From Gracilinanus agilis (lineage: Eukaryota), in assembly GCF_016433145.1 (NCBI RefSeq), contig NC_058135.1:277475511-277539510 (forward strand): DNA of 64,000 nt, written 5' to 3'. A program made the translations under genes and the position numbers. Under the pieces are notes generated by a model. It did not search any database, was not told the DNA's origin, and saw only the letters and a list, made by a program, of their open reading frames with translations. How positions within the stretch are numbered: the first letter of the stretch is position 1; every line of letters starts with the position of its first letter. Positions 1-11,949 of the stretch are shown here, piece by piece.

Positions 1-789
1 AACTAAACTAAAATTCTAACCCAAAATAACAAACAACCTACACTAACTCTATTCTATCTAACACTATCCTACTCTACCCTACACTAGGGATTTCAACAAG
101 GAAAGGTAAAAGGATAAATACATTGAACAGTTACATAGTTTAAAGCATAAAGCAACAAGTAACAATGCAAAATTTCCAACAAAATCAACAACAAATATGA
201 AATATCAAAACAAAAATCAAAACAAACATCAAACATAATTTCTATTCTAATACAGAAATATCCTACCAACTAATAAATGCAAACCATTTTTGAAAATACA
301 TTTTAACACAACATTGCATATGTTTTTACATCAAAATTAAAACAAAACATTAAACTCCCTTATGCAAATTACACTTGAATGTTTGCAACTCAATTATATC
401 AAAGTATTCATAGAATTTACATTTATACACATATATACACATGATACATACATAGAATATATACATAATATATACATGTATGATATACATATATAAATGT
501 ATGCACACATAATATATACATATCAAATATACATGTGTGTGCTCTACACATATACAATGCTTACACTGTAATACAATTTACAATATACACACACTATTTA
601 CACAACTATTTACATAATTTGTGATATGTGATATGTAATATGTTATATGTTCTTCATGTAATGCAATTTTGTTATATTTGTTGTATCTGCACTGTAATGT
701 ACAATAGTACCTTATCTTATCCTCTAACCTAATCTAATACTCTATCTATTTCACTAAACTATTCTAAACTATCCCTAAGATATTAATAT
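1..789. repeat. Low-complexity, strongly G-poor (+ strand) tract with degenerate CTAAC/CTATC pentamers and a (TA)/(CA)-rich core
   Basis: No G in bases 1-60 and very few in 181-300. Similar degenerate pentamer runs at about 1-85 and 710-780. ACAT/ATAT repeats at about 420-620. Separated from the ERV integrase by an N gap. Confidence 0.7.
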
Positions 790-980
790 NNNNNNNNNNN
801 NNNNNNNNNNNNNNNNNNNNNNNNNNNNNNNNNNNNNNNNNNNNNNNNNNNNNNNNNNNNNNNNNNNNNNNNNNNNNNNNNNNNNNNNNNNNNNNNNNNN
901 NNNNNNNNNNNNNNNNNNNNNNNNNNNNNNNNNNNNNNNNNNNNNNNNNNNNNNNNNNNNNNNNNNNNNNNNNNNNNNNN
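790..980. other. Assembly gap (191 N)
   Basis: Run of N. The X residues in the 775..1716 and 783..989 ORFs are artefacts of this gap. Confidence 0.99.
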
Positions 981-3014
981 CATTTCCATTATCTATTCCA
1001 TGTGCTAATTTAACATGAGAACAATGATACCATGAATTTCTACCTAAAACTTTCACAGAAGATGGTGAAACTAATACAATTGTATAAAGACCTACCCAAT
1101 TTTGTTCTGTTGCCAATGTTTTGGCAAAACTTTTCACATAGACCATAGCACCTGGTTGAAAATTATGAAGAGAATAATCCAATGGACAAGATTGAATTAA
1201 TACTCCCATATCTTGTAATTCTCTTAGCCTCTGCTGTAAAGCACTTAAATATGAATCAATTTGGCAATCACCTCCTAAGAGTGATGCATAAACAGCCTTA
1301 CAAATTTTTGCTTGTAGTGGAGCATGTCCAAAGAGCATCTCATACAATGATATATGTAGATCTGCTCTCGGTCTCGTATGTAAATAAAACAAAGCCATGG
1401 GAAGAATCTCTCGCCATTTAAGATGAGTTTCAGTACAGAGTTTCCCAACCATAGTCTTGAGTTCCCTATTCATACACTCCACCTGACCTGAACTTTGCGG
1501 GTGGTAAGGAACATGATATTTACGTGTTATTCCTAGATTCTCATAGACTCTTCTAAGGATATCCTGAGTGAAATGAGATCCCTTATCCAAATCTATGGTT
1601 AAAGGTACACCAAATCTAGGCACAATTTCCTTGAGTAACACTTTCACCACAAAACTAGCTGTATTAGTATTTGATGGAAAAGCTTCAGGCCATTTAGTTA
1701 GTCTATTGACTATCACAAGACAACATTGTATCTTCCAACTTTAGGCATACAGATATAATCAATCTGTAAACTCTCAAAAGGACAATATGCTAAAGGACTA
1801 CCACCCAAACCTTTCTTTCTGAATGCACTTTGATTGAACTTTTGGCAGACTGGGCAGCTATTACAGATCTTATTTGCAATAGTACTTATTCCAGGAGCAA
1901 CACATTGTCTCCTGATGGAATCCACAACAGGTTGTGTACCAAAATGACCTTTTGTGTGAATGGCTTGACACAAATAGGTATACAAATCTTTTGGTAACAA
2001 TGGTCTTCCTGTATCAGTAATCCATATCCCATGTTCTTTCCTAGCTCCAAATTTATCCTTCCAATTCTGGATATCTAAGTCTACATAGGCTTTCTCTAGA
2101 TCATCAGAATCAATAGATGTTAAATTCATTACACAAATTGGAGCATTCTGGGCTGCATACTTTGCAATGATATCAGCTCTATGTTTTCCTTTAGAGACTG
2201 AATCCCTACCATAAGTATGACTCTGACAATGAATTACTGCCAGCTGTTTTGGCTTCTGGATTGCTTCTAACAACTCAGTTATTTTTGCTGCATGAGCTAT
2301 TGGTTTGCCCCATGCAGTAATAAAACCTCGTTACTTCCAGATTGTTACTGTTGCATGGCAAACAGAAAATGCATATCGAGAGTGTGTAAATATTCATACA
2401 ACTAGAAGACATGCTTGCTTCAATGCCACCAATTCAGCACCCTGAGCACTAAGATTAGTAGGTAATGAGCCATACCACAGTGTCTCAAATTCTGTGCCAA
2501 CTGCAGCACCAGTACATCTGATTCCATTACAGAAATATGATGATCCATCCATGAATAACACCCAGTCTGGATTTTCGAGTGGAGTATCTTTTAAATCCAT
2601 CCTAGGCATACTCACAGGATCTACTACCTCAACACATTCATGCAATGGCTCACCGTTCTTTGGTAAATCAGGAAGAAGAGTAGCTGGATTAAGTATGCTA
2701 CATCTCTTCAACTGGATGTTCTCACTACCCAAGAGAATAATTTCATACTTAGCTATTCATTGGTCTGAATATACTTGAGTACGAAACTTCCTCATTAGTG
2801 CTTCTATCTGATGTGAATAATAGACAGTCAAAGGACATCCCAAAACTAGATCAGATGACATCTGGACTAACACAGCTGCTTCTGCTACCCCCCTTAGACA
2901 GGGTACTGTCCCCACTGCTATGGGATGTAATTGACAGCTGTAATACCCAATTGGATGATAACTTTGTCTACGAGTCTTGGAGTATGAAATTAGCCTTGAC
3001 AATTCTTTTTCCAA
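981..3014 (-). mobile_element. pol: Endogenous retrovirus pol remnant (class I, gamma/epsilon-like): RT connection, RNase H and integrase; pseudogenised
   Basis: One frame from 3014 to about 1716 reads HPIGYYSCQLHPIA..PCLRGVAEAAVLV, then LNPATLLP, then RNase H (LFMDGSS, SAQGAELVAL, HSRYAF, LAVIHCQSH) and the IN zinc finger (HTKGH..CNSCPVC). It has in-frame stops at about 2757, 2394 and 2334. A 1-nt frameshift near 1716-1730 leads into the integrase core (QIDY / IDLDKGSHF / PYHPQSSGQVE.MNRELK) and a C-terminal W.G.Y motif. No gag, RT core, env or flanking LTR is visible. Confidence 0.95.
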
Positions 3015-3514
3015 TTAATTGCCAATGAGGAGACAGGTATGATGTTGATCTTACCTTGAACAGCAGCAAATTGGCTCCAGGGATCTGACATCCCTGGGAT
3101 CCCTGAGGCATTTGGCCTTGTCAGTCTTGCCTTTGGAAGGCAGCCACAAGAGCATATGGCATGACAATCTCTTAGTATATCATTCCTCTGGGGTATTTCT
3201 TGTTCTCCTGTTATGGAGACAGAGTATAACTGCCCTATAAAGGGAAATTTTAGAAGAATTTAGGATGATTCTTCAGAGTATTCTTCTATAGAACTAAGTA
3301 AAGTTCCAATTTGAAGCTTATAGTTCTCCTAATATGGTCATTCTCCTATCTCATTCATTCATTCATTTGCTCATTCATTCAACAAGCATTTGTTAATCAT
3401 AGACTATATGGTAGTCACAAAGTTTACAAAGACAAAAAGAAAAATCTCTGGTTGCTTGCATTTTATTTGGTCTCAGTTTCTCTTCTCCTGTTAAAAATAA
3501 CAGAAAAAATAGGA

Positions 3515-3648
3515 TGTTAGAATTTTGAGAAAATTGTGACATCATTCAATCTTATTGTTTCATTTTACAGGTGAGGATACTGAGGCCCAAAAGGGAAAAA
3601 AGTAACTTGCTTGAGGTCAGATTTGGCATGACCAGAATTTGCATCTAA
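3515..3648 (-). mobile_element. MIR (CORE-SINE) fragment
   Basis: CATTTTACAGGTGAGGATACTGAGGCCCA..TAACTTGC is the reverse MIR core. Confidence 0.7.
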
Positions 3649-3692
3649 GCAGCAGCAGCAGCAACAACAACAACAACAAACAACAACAGCAA
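3648..3692. repeat. Compound microsatellite (CAG)n(CAA)n
   Basis: Direct reading of the sequence. Confidence 0.9.
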
Positions 3693-3730
3693 CTCATTCA
3701 GAAGGATTATAATAGACTTTTTGCCAATTT

Positions 3731-4708
3731 TTATTGAGAAATAATTTGAACTTCAGCTTTTTCCCTTTTTCCAAGATTTCTTTTGACCATCTTTCTCAAA
3801 GCTTCCTTTACATCCTTGTTCCTTAAGCTATAAATAAAGGGGTTTACCATGGGACTTACAAAGATACAAAACACAGCAACAATTTTCCCTTGCTCCACAG
3901 AACTCTCAGTGGCTGGCCTTAAGTACATGCAGAAAAGGGACCCATAAAACATAGTGACAGCCATCAGGTGGGAGCCACAGGTAGAGAAAGCTTTGCGCTG
4001 CCCCTCAGTGGACTTCATGCGAAGAATAGTTGCAAAAATGAAAACGTAAGAGGTAAGGATGATGAGCAAGGATCCTGTGAGGTTTAATCCTGCAGACACA
4101 AACAGGGCAGTTTGCTTTATGTAAGTGTCAGAGCAAGTCAACATTAAAAGGGGTGGATCAGCACAATAGAAGTGGTTGATGGTATTAGGGCCACAGAAGG
4201 AGAGTCGAGATGTCAAGATGACTTGCATTGTTCCTACAAGGGAACCCCACAAGTAAGGAAAGGTGACTAAGCAGATGCAAACAGGCTTGGACATCTTGAT
4301 ACTGTAATGCAGAGGTTGACATATGGCTACATAACGATCATAGGCCATGGCTCCAAGCATATAATACTCAGTAAGAAGTAAGGTAACAAAAATGAAACAC
4401 TGAGTCAAACAACCAATGTAGGAAATAGTTTTCTTCTCTGACAAGAAGTTAATTAGCATCTGAGGAGAAACATTAGTGGAATAGAAAAGATCAACAAGTG
4501 CCAAGTGGGTGAGGAAAAAATACATGGGAGTTTGAAGACGTGGCGTTAATCTAATCAGTATGATCATCCCAAAATTGCCAGTCAGAGTGGTCAAGTAGAT
4601 GACCAGAAACACCACAAAGAGGACTGGCTGTAGTTCTGGCCGACTGTTTAATCCCAGGAGAATAAATTCGGTTGCTTCGGTTCTATTCTGCCTGAGAAGG
4701 GTCTTCAT
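3731..4708 (-). CDS. Olfactory receptor, family 5, OR5M-like; intact, 325 aa
   Basis: Single-exon 7TM ORF with N-glycosylation site NRT, GN in TM1, [45 protein letters not shown] and [23 protein letters not shown] and LFCMYLRP are typical of the OR5M subfamily. Confidence 0.97.
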   Translation of the reverse strand: MKTLLRQNRTEATEFILLGLNSRPELQPVLFVVFLVIYLTTLTGNFGMIILIRLTPRLQTPMYFFLTHLALVDLFYSTNVSPQMLINFLSEKKTISYIGCLTQCFIFVTLLLTEYYMLGAMAYDRYVAICQPLHYSIKMSKPVCICLVTFPYLWGSLVGTMQVILTSRLSFCGPNTINHFYCADPPLLMLTCSDTYIKQTALFVSAGLNLTGSLLIILTSYVFIFATILRMKSTEGQRKAFSTCGSHLMAVTMFYGSLFCMYLRPATESSVEQGKIVAVFCIFVSPMVNPFIYSLRNKDVKEALRKMVKRNLGKREKAEVQIISQ

Positions 4709-6835
4709 CTTGATGTTCCCTTCATGAAATTCAAAAAAAACCTATCAGAAACAAAAATCATGGAGTTGTAGAATTTAGAATTGTAAGGGGCTTATTTAAG
4801 CCTCCAAGAGTTACTATAGTTTCCCTGAGTCTATAGGTATCATGTTAACCCTGGGATTATGCCTACTACTTGATCCTAGTGGAAAGAAAATATATCAAAT
4901 TAAACACAACTTGGACTAAATTGAGTTTAAGCCAATTTCCCATTGTACATAGTTATTTGCTTAGAAACATATTTAAACCCTTACCACCATGCCCAAAGCA
5001 CATCATGATCATCCTCCAGTAGACTGATTCAGAAGATCTGAGATTGCTTTGTGATACTGATAATAAATGTCTATATGATTTTGAGACCCAGAGAGTAAAT
5101 AATTTACCTGGTTTCCCCCTTTTTATGGAGGATTGGACTAAATTAAAACAAATTGAAACATATGCACACATTTACTTGTATCTACTATTTTCCAGACACC
5201 ACGCTGGACATTGCGAACACAAAAACAAAATTGTCACTGCCTTTAAGGGACTTTCATTCTACTGAGAGAAGTGTGGGGATGAAAAAGCTTTACATGTAAA
5301 TTAAAATATCTGTTTTAGCTGTGATTTATAAGGTCTTTTAAGTAAAGTAAAAATACTGTGTTTAGAATGTCTTTCAAATCTGTAACTCTAGTATGATAAA
5401 TCTTTCATGTAATCTAATTAATATCAATCCCTTCATAAAGGCATATTTATTCACATATTTATATAATTAATACATTTTCATGTATATATTAGTCCCCAAT
5501 ATTATAATTTTAATCATTTTATATATATTTTTAAAAAACACAAAATATCTATATATGAATGTAAAACTAATGCTAAATATTATATAGAAGCAAGATTTAA
5601 AGACAAACATACACACATGTACAAATGAAGACACTGAGAATTTTGAGAGCATCCACCATAAACTCTGAATTTAGAGGTTTATTTTTTGAGAAGTCAGCAA
5701 CAACCATTCCTTAACTTTATTACCAGGGACAGAAGAATGAATATCTTTTACTCTTTACATAGGTTAATACATCCTCCTTTGCCTTCAGATGTATTCTCTT
5801 ACAGCTCCTTAAGGACCCACTTGTACATTCTTTCTTAACCCCTAGCCTTTCCTATCTATTTATAAATGTGCTTCTCAAGCTTTAAAGACCTTTTCCTTAA
5901 ACACTTTTGTTCCATTCAGGTACCATCCTAACTCTCTTGTTCATTCACTGATAAACCTCTGGAAAAGACATTTCTCCTGAATTTCATGCCTCTGTTTCCC
6001 TACAATGCACTCTTTCATTAATCTCTGCTGATTTGTGTCTCTCTCATCCATGATAGTCAAAGTATTTTCCCAAAGGTCATAATAATTTCCCCTTACCCAA
6101 TGCAAAAATACTTTTTTAAGCCAATTCCTCTTTGAGATTGTTACAGTTCAAATCTACTGGGTATTCTCCTTCTCGTTTCAAAGGCATATTCTCCTTCTCT
6201 AAACATTCTCTTTGTCTCCAATGTTTCATAATCATCTTCTTAACAATGTAATATTGGTACTTTCCAAAGGATTGACTTTGTTCTCCTTCTTTACATCCTT
6301 TTATTAGTAATCCTGCATAGATAATAAGCCTTTAAGCCAGGAAGTCTTATGCTCAAGTTTCATGCCTCTCCCATAGTGGTTGTGAGATTTTGCATGAATC
6401 ATTTAATCTCTTGGAAATACTCTAAAATTGCTAATTGCAGAAAGGGTGTTGATTTGCATTTTAGAGAGAATTTACTCATTTGGATTTCCCTATACAAATG
6501 AAATCACAACTCCAGTGTGTCCTTGTACCTTCCTATACTCCTTGGTTAGCATAGTGCCTGACATATAGTGACTTCTAAGTAGATGCTGAATTAATATGTG
6601 GTTAGTTTACATCTGTCACAGTGCTGTAAATATATGAACCACTTAATTCACATTAAAACATCTATTTTAGTTGTTGTTCATAAGATCAAGTCAATTCACT
6701 CATTGACTGATTTCTGTTCTACTACTTTAACCCAAAACTTATCACTCCATAGTCATTTCTTCTTCACCTCTACCCATCATTCATTTATAATATTACTCAT
6801 CTTTTCCAAGACTCATTTTCCCCTTCAAGAATCAC

Positions 6836-6878
<43 letters not shown>
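6836..6878. repeat. (GAT)n microsatellite
   Basis: Direct reading. It produces the poly-Asp stretch in the spurious 6598..7089 ORF. Confidence 0.95.
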
Positions 6879-7299
6879 CAATGGTGGTTTATGTAATTAT
6901 TTGAGATTTGTGAAATTTCTTATCTCTCTCCCATCATATCTTTTCTTACCTAGTCATCACTTCTTCCTAGACAAGTTCTTTGCTTTAGGCTTCCTGTTGA
7001 ATCTCTTGGTTCTCTTTAAAAATCTGTCTTCTATTTTTTTGCTTCTAATTCAATTCCACTCTCCACCTCCTAAATATGAATGTATTTAAAGGCTATCTCT
7101 TAAACTTTTCTTCTCTACTCTCTCTGTTTTCTCCTTTGGTGGTCTCATTATCTCCAGGGATTCATTGATTCTCCTCTAGATAAATGACTGCCAAATATAA
7201 ACATCCAGATCTAATCTCTGTTATTGGCAACTCCAGCTCAACTTAGCCAAAAACAAACTCAACACTACCTCCCCTACATCTGCCTATCCTTCATAGTTT

Positions 7300-7480
7300 T
7301 TTTTAAACCCTTGTACTTCTTTGTATTGTCTCATAGGTGGAAGATTGGTAAGGGTGGGCAATGGGGGTCAAGTGACTTGCCCAGGGTCACACAGCTGGGA
7401 AGTGGCTGAGGCCGGGTTTGAACCTATGACCTCCTATCACTAGGCCTGACTCTCACTCCACTGAGCTACCCAGCTGCCCC
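7300..7480 (-). mobile_element. Young opossum SINE1-type tRNA-derived SINE
   Basis: Reverse complement of GGGGCAGCTGGGTAGCTCAGTGGAGTGAGAGTCAGGCCTAG..GTACAAGGGTTTAAAA. TSD CCTTCATAGTTT at 7288-7299 and 7481-7492. Confidence 0.93.
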
Positions 7481-7814
7481 CCTTCATAGTTTCTTAATTC
7501 TTTTAAGGGCACCCTTTCCTCTTATTCACCCAAGTTCCAAACTTTGGAGTCCTCTTTGTCATACTCCCTCACCCTAACCTTTCAATTCTAATCAGATGCC
7601 AAGTCTTATTATTCCAACTTGTACAACATGTATGGAGTCTGTTTACTTCTCTTTATTTACATGGTCACAACTCTAGTTCAGATCATCTCTCACTTGGACT
7701 ATTGCTATAATATCCCTTACTTCAACTATTCCTTTCAACAAGCCATAGAAGCTTTTCTTAGATGCCACAATAGTCATCCTTCCTCTGAAGAGGCAATGAA
7801 TGAAGAGGAATGAA

Positions 7815-8200
7815 TACTCTCTTTAAGAGTCAGAAGCTATATATTTGAATCCTTGTTCAAGTAGTGTGACCTTGGTACTTTAATTGGTTATTTACCTCTT
7901 TGAGCCTCAGTTTTCTCATATATAAAATGGGAATTGGGATATTTATAATAATTGACTCACTAGGCTGTTGTGAGGAAAACATCCTGAAAACTCTGAGGAA
8001 TACTGAAAAAGTGAATTCTTTCAAAAGATCATAGTTTTAGAATCAATAAGACCATAGAGGTGATCCAGTCCAACATCATCATTTTATAGATATGGAAAAA
8101 GAGGCTCAGAGATAAAAAGCAAATGACTTGCCCCAAATCACATATTTTATAAGTGGCATAGCTCAAATCTAAGCTCAGTTCTTATGATTTACATTACTCT
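7815..8200. mobile_element. Two MIR fragments in opposite orientation
   Basis: + strand core TGAGCCTCAGTTTTCTCATATATAAAATGG at about 7900. - strand core CATTTTATAGATATGGAAAAAGAGGCTCAGAG at about 8080-8110. Confidence 0.65.
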
Positions 8201-8360
8201 CATCCTCTAAACACTTGAGGAATTTTCTATTGCCTAAAGGACAAAATTTAACCCCTTCACTTTTGGATTTTTAATATCTGCCAGTCTGGCCAGGCTCTAT
8301 TTTTCTCACCTTCTTTTATATTTTTCCCTTTAACACAAGTATCAGTGAAAATAGACTACT

Positions 8361-8552
8361 GGGGGCAGCTAAGTGGCACAATGGATTAAGAGGTGGCCAA
8401 GAGATGAGAAGTCCTGCATTCAAATCTAGGCTTCTTAGCTGTGTGACCCTGAAATCATTTAACTCCATTGCCTAGCACTTACCACTCTTATGCTTTGGAA
8501 CCAATGCATGGTATTGATTTTAAGATTAAAGGCAAGAATTGTTTTTTTTCCA
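8361..8552 (+). mobile_element. Older SINE1-type SINE
   Basis: Starts GGGGGCAGCTAAGTGG, has CCATTGCCTAGC..CTTACCACTCTT. Flanked by the TSD GAAA(A/C)TAGACTACT at 8347-8360 and 8553-8566. Confidence 0.8.
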
Positions 8553-9296
8553 GAAACTAGACTACTAGCTATCCATATAAATGGCATCCCATCTCCCATT
8601 CCTTTTCACTAATCCAAAACTTCCTCTCTGTAGAGACTCATTACTTCCTCCTTTCACAAAATTTCTCTTCCCTAAGTGATCAGGAGCAATGGAATTTCCC
8701 TTGTGAAGTCTTTCTAATCCATCCAATTACAAATTATTTTTCTTTCTATATATTTTCCTAGGGCTCTTCTTTTTTCTCCATAATACCTTAACTTGTATTT
8801 GCTTAACTATCAATATTCTGTATTCTCCACAATAGAATGTAAACTACTCTAAGTCAGAGACTTCTCCCCCCATAGATAGATAAAGATAGATATGTGTGTA
8901 TATATTCATATATGTATACATATACACATACATTTTTCATATGTTGGATTTCTACACTTTATGACAGTCTTGGATATAATAGTTGTTTGTTTCTATTTTA
9001 ATAAAATTATGCTGAATTTAATTGAATTAAATTCAACCACATTTGATGTTCTGTGTTTGATTTCCTTTTTACCACTGACTATGTGGAATGTAGTACTGGA
9101 TCTGGAATAAGGAATATTTGAGTTCAAAACCAACCTCAAATTCAAAGCCTGATACCAAAGTGACCCTGAGCAAGTCAAGAAAATGAGCATAATAATAGCT
9201 TCTATTTCCATGGTGGTTGTGAGGATAAAATGTGCTATTATTTATAAAACATGATGCAAACCTTAAAGTCCTACATAATGTTTACTGTTATCATTA

Positions 9297-9516
9297 GGGG
9301 GCAGCTAGGTGGTACAGTATACAGAGCACCATGCCTGGAGTCAGGAAAATTGATCTTCTTGAATTCAAATCTGACCTTATTAGTTATACAACTCTAGGCA
9401 AGGTACTTAACCCTATTTTGGAGAAGGAAATGGGAAACCACTCCAGTATCTTTTCCAGGAAAATTCCAAAGGGAGTCAACACAGGGTTGAACACAGCTGA
9501 AAAATGACTGAACAAC
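9297..9516 (+). mobile_element. Mar1 SINE (CORE-SINE with RTE/BovB-like tail)
   Basis: tRNA-like head GGGGCAGCTAGGTGG and the diagnostic tail GGAGAAGGAAATGGGAAACCACTCCAGTATCTTT..ATGACTGAACAAC. Flanked by MIR fragments (about 9080-9296 and 9525-9970). Confidence 0.85.
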
Positions 9517-10058
9517 ATTATCATTGAGAGGGTGAGTATTAGATTTGGAGTCAAGAAGACCCGAGTTCAATATTACTTCAAATACTCGTCTGTGGGTATC
9601 ATAATCTCAGTTTCCTTATCTATAAAATAAGATGTGAAAGCATTTAGAAGCTAGTTGGCCTAGTGTAGAAGGTAGGATTTGGAGTCAATGATACCTGAAC
9701 TCAGCTTCTGCCTCATACAGTTACCTATTATATTTTTCTACACGTGCCATTTATTCTTTGTAGCCTAGATTTCTTCATCTCTCTAAATTGAGGATAATAA
9801 AAAATCTAGTTGAAAGCATTGTTGTGAGGATAAAATGGAAAAACCTATATAAAGCACTTTGCAACATTTTAAATGCTACATAATTTCTATTTATCATCAT
9901 CATCATTATTTTTAAAAGACATAAAATCCTTTGCAAACATTAAAGTGCTATACAAATTCTGGCTATTGCTATTCAGAAATGTCTAATAATAAACTTCAAA
10001 CCTTTGCAATAATTGAACAATTCTGCCCTCAACCTCCATTTCTCTCAGATCAGCATTT

Positions 10059-10400
10059 ACTCACCATTGCCTCAATCAGTTCTACTTGGGGAAATGGGTA
10101 AGGAAAGCATAAAGTCTATCCTAGAGATTTAGAAACCCAGATCCTTGCTGCCTTTCCTACCTGCAGACTGACTGAGATATTCCAGAGGCCCACCAAGTAT
10201 AACAGAGGAACAAAGTGATAGGGAATAATTTATAGGAAAATTAGGTACTTTTAAGTCATGATCCCTGGGCATTTTTCAGTCTCCCAGAAGGTACAATTAA
10301 AATGCTTCTCTGGGGAAAACTTTGGGCTAAAAATTGAACAATAGACTTGTGTTTTTATTACTTCCTTTCTCTCTTCTTAGCCCTGGAGGTCCCTAATATT
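10059..10400 (-). promoter_or_regulatory. Candidate promoter and non-coding first exon of the 3731..4708 OR gene
   Basis: Non-repeat block with O/E-like sites (TCCCTGGGC 10262, TCTCTGGGGA 10307, CCCTGGAG 10381) and a homeodomain site CAATTA (10294). Downstream on the - strand are donors CAG|GTAGGA (10161) and ATG|GTGAGT (10065). Homologous to the block at about 24560-24650. Confidence 0.5.
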
Positions 10401-10937
10401 CAGGCAACTTCTATTAGTGAAACATTTTCCTTCCAAAATCTCTATAAGGAAGGTTTATTGTAGAAGTTCTTGATTTTATTTTTAATATAAGAAAAATAAG
10501 GCATAGAGGGCAAAGTGACTTGTCGGGTGTTACATAGTAAACGACAAAGAGAGTATTGGAATTTGGGTCTCTTGACTTTGTCAAGTTAAAGCCACTTTTC
10601 ACCACAATGTGCCAATAGTCATTTCCCCCCTCCAGATTTCTCTTTAAGGAAGCATTTTGGTTTCCTAAGTTCCACCCCAACTCACTTAGTACCATGGGAA
10701 TTAAAGGAATTCCCTGGAAAGGGAACCCCCCCCTACTAGTATAGGTAGGCACTTTCTAGTACTGAAGAGTTGCCTGGATTATTGAAAAGATAAGAAACTG
10801 ACTCAGAATCACACCAAGATTTGAACTCAGGTCACTCTGGCTTCATTTGCTTTAGTCCCTCCCTCCCCATTCCTAACAAGCACTTTCTCTTCACCTGTGC
10901 TTCATTGTTTCTCTCTTTTTTCGAAACACTATATAAT

Positions 10938-11130
10938 TGACAGCTAGATGACTCACTGGATAGAGATTCATAGCCTAGAGATGAGGGTCCTAGGTTCAAT
11001 TATGACCTCAAATACTTCCTAGATATGTGACCTTGGGCAAGTCACTTAACCCATTTGCCCAACTTACCCCTCTTCTACCTTGGAACCAATACTTATTATT
11101 GATTCTAAGAGAGAAGGTAAGGTTTCTTTT
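10938..11130 (+). mobile_element. Diverged SINE1-type SINE
   Basis: CAGCTAGATGACTCACTGGATAGAG..CCTAGGTTCAA..GGGCAAGTCACTTAACCC..GATTCTAAGAGAGAAGGTAAGG. Confidence 0.75.
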
Positions 11131-11765
11131 TTCTTTTTAAAGACACTACTCAAGTACTACCTTCTACTTAATAGCTTTTCTGATTCCCAGAAAACATACA
11201 AACATACACACAAGTGTACATGTGCATACATGTATTTCTATATAGAGGTATATAGCATACATGTACATACATGTTTCTGTATCACTATTATAAGGATACA
11301 CATATGTGTGTATGCATATTTATTTGGGTATATATAGGCATATAAAGAGATGACTATGCATGTTTAGGTATATATGTGTTTATAAAGGTATGAATACATA
11401 TAAATATATAATATATTACTTATATCTATAGATAATCGATATTTATATATATGCTGTCTCCCTTGTTAGGATGGAAGTCTCTTGAGAGAGGGATTATTAA
11501 ATTCTTTGTTCCCTTTCATTGCCCAACAATGCCTGGCATGCAACTGAAGCTTTAAAAAATTGCTTATTGATTGATTGAAATGTGTAGGATGGAAAATTTA
11601 GACTTGGAAGAGACATTAAAGATGATCTAGTCTAAAACTAATTTTAGAGATGAGAAATGGGAGGTCTGGGCAAAGGAAATGACCTGTTTAAGCTCATACA
11701 AGCAGTAAACAAGAGAGAGGAAGAGCAGCTACCATAGACCATTGTTCCAGAAAAGGGGTAGTGTA

Positions 11766-11948
11766 CTACAGAATAAACTGAAAAACTAGTTGAAATAATT
11801 AATAACTTTAGCAAAATTGCAGAATACAAAATAAACAAATCCATATGAATTATCAGTATTTCTATTTCAACAAATGCCAGCAGCAAGTGATAGAAACAGA
11901 AATTCCATTTAAAATAACTCTAGACTATATAAGATACCTGAGAATCTA
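11766..11948 (+). mobile_element. L1 ORF2 fragment (late RT region)
   Basis: Encodes KLVEIINNFSKIAEYKIN...EIPFKITLDYIRYL, recognisable as L1 ORF2. Confidence 0.8.
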
Positions 11949-11949
11949 C

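Larger units (their letters stand above)
5780..7760 (+). mobile_element. Old L2 LINE remnants, interrupted by a (GAT)n repeat and a SINE
   Basis: Pyrimidine-rich degraded L2-like text (e.g. ATCATCTCTCACTTGGACTATTGC; TGACTGCCAAATATAAACATCCAG). L2 3'-end motif at about 6500-6600. Boundaries approximate. Confidence 0.55.

Noticed and set aside
775-989. ORF extension of integrase through the N run, and the 783..989 ORF
   Set aside because: Artefacts of translating through an assembly gap.
6598-7089. 163-aa ORF with poly-Asp
   Set aside because: Produced by a (GAT)n microsatellite within L2 remnants; no protein features.
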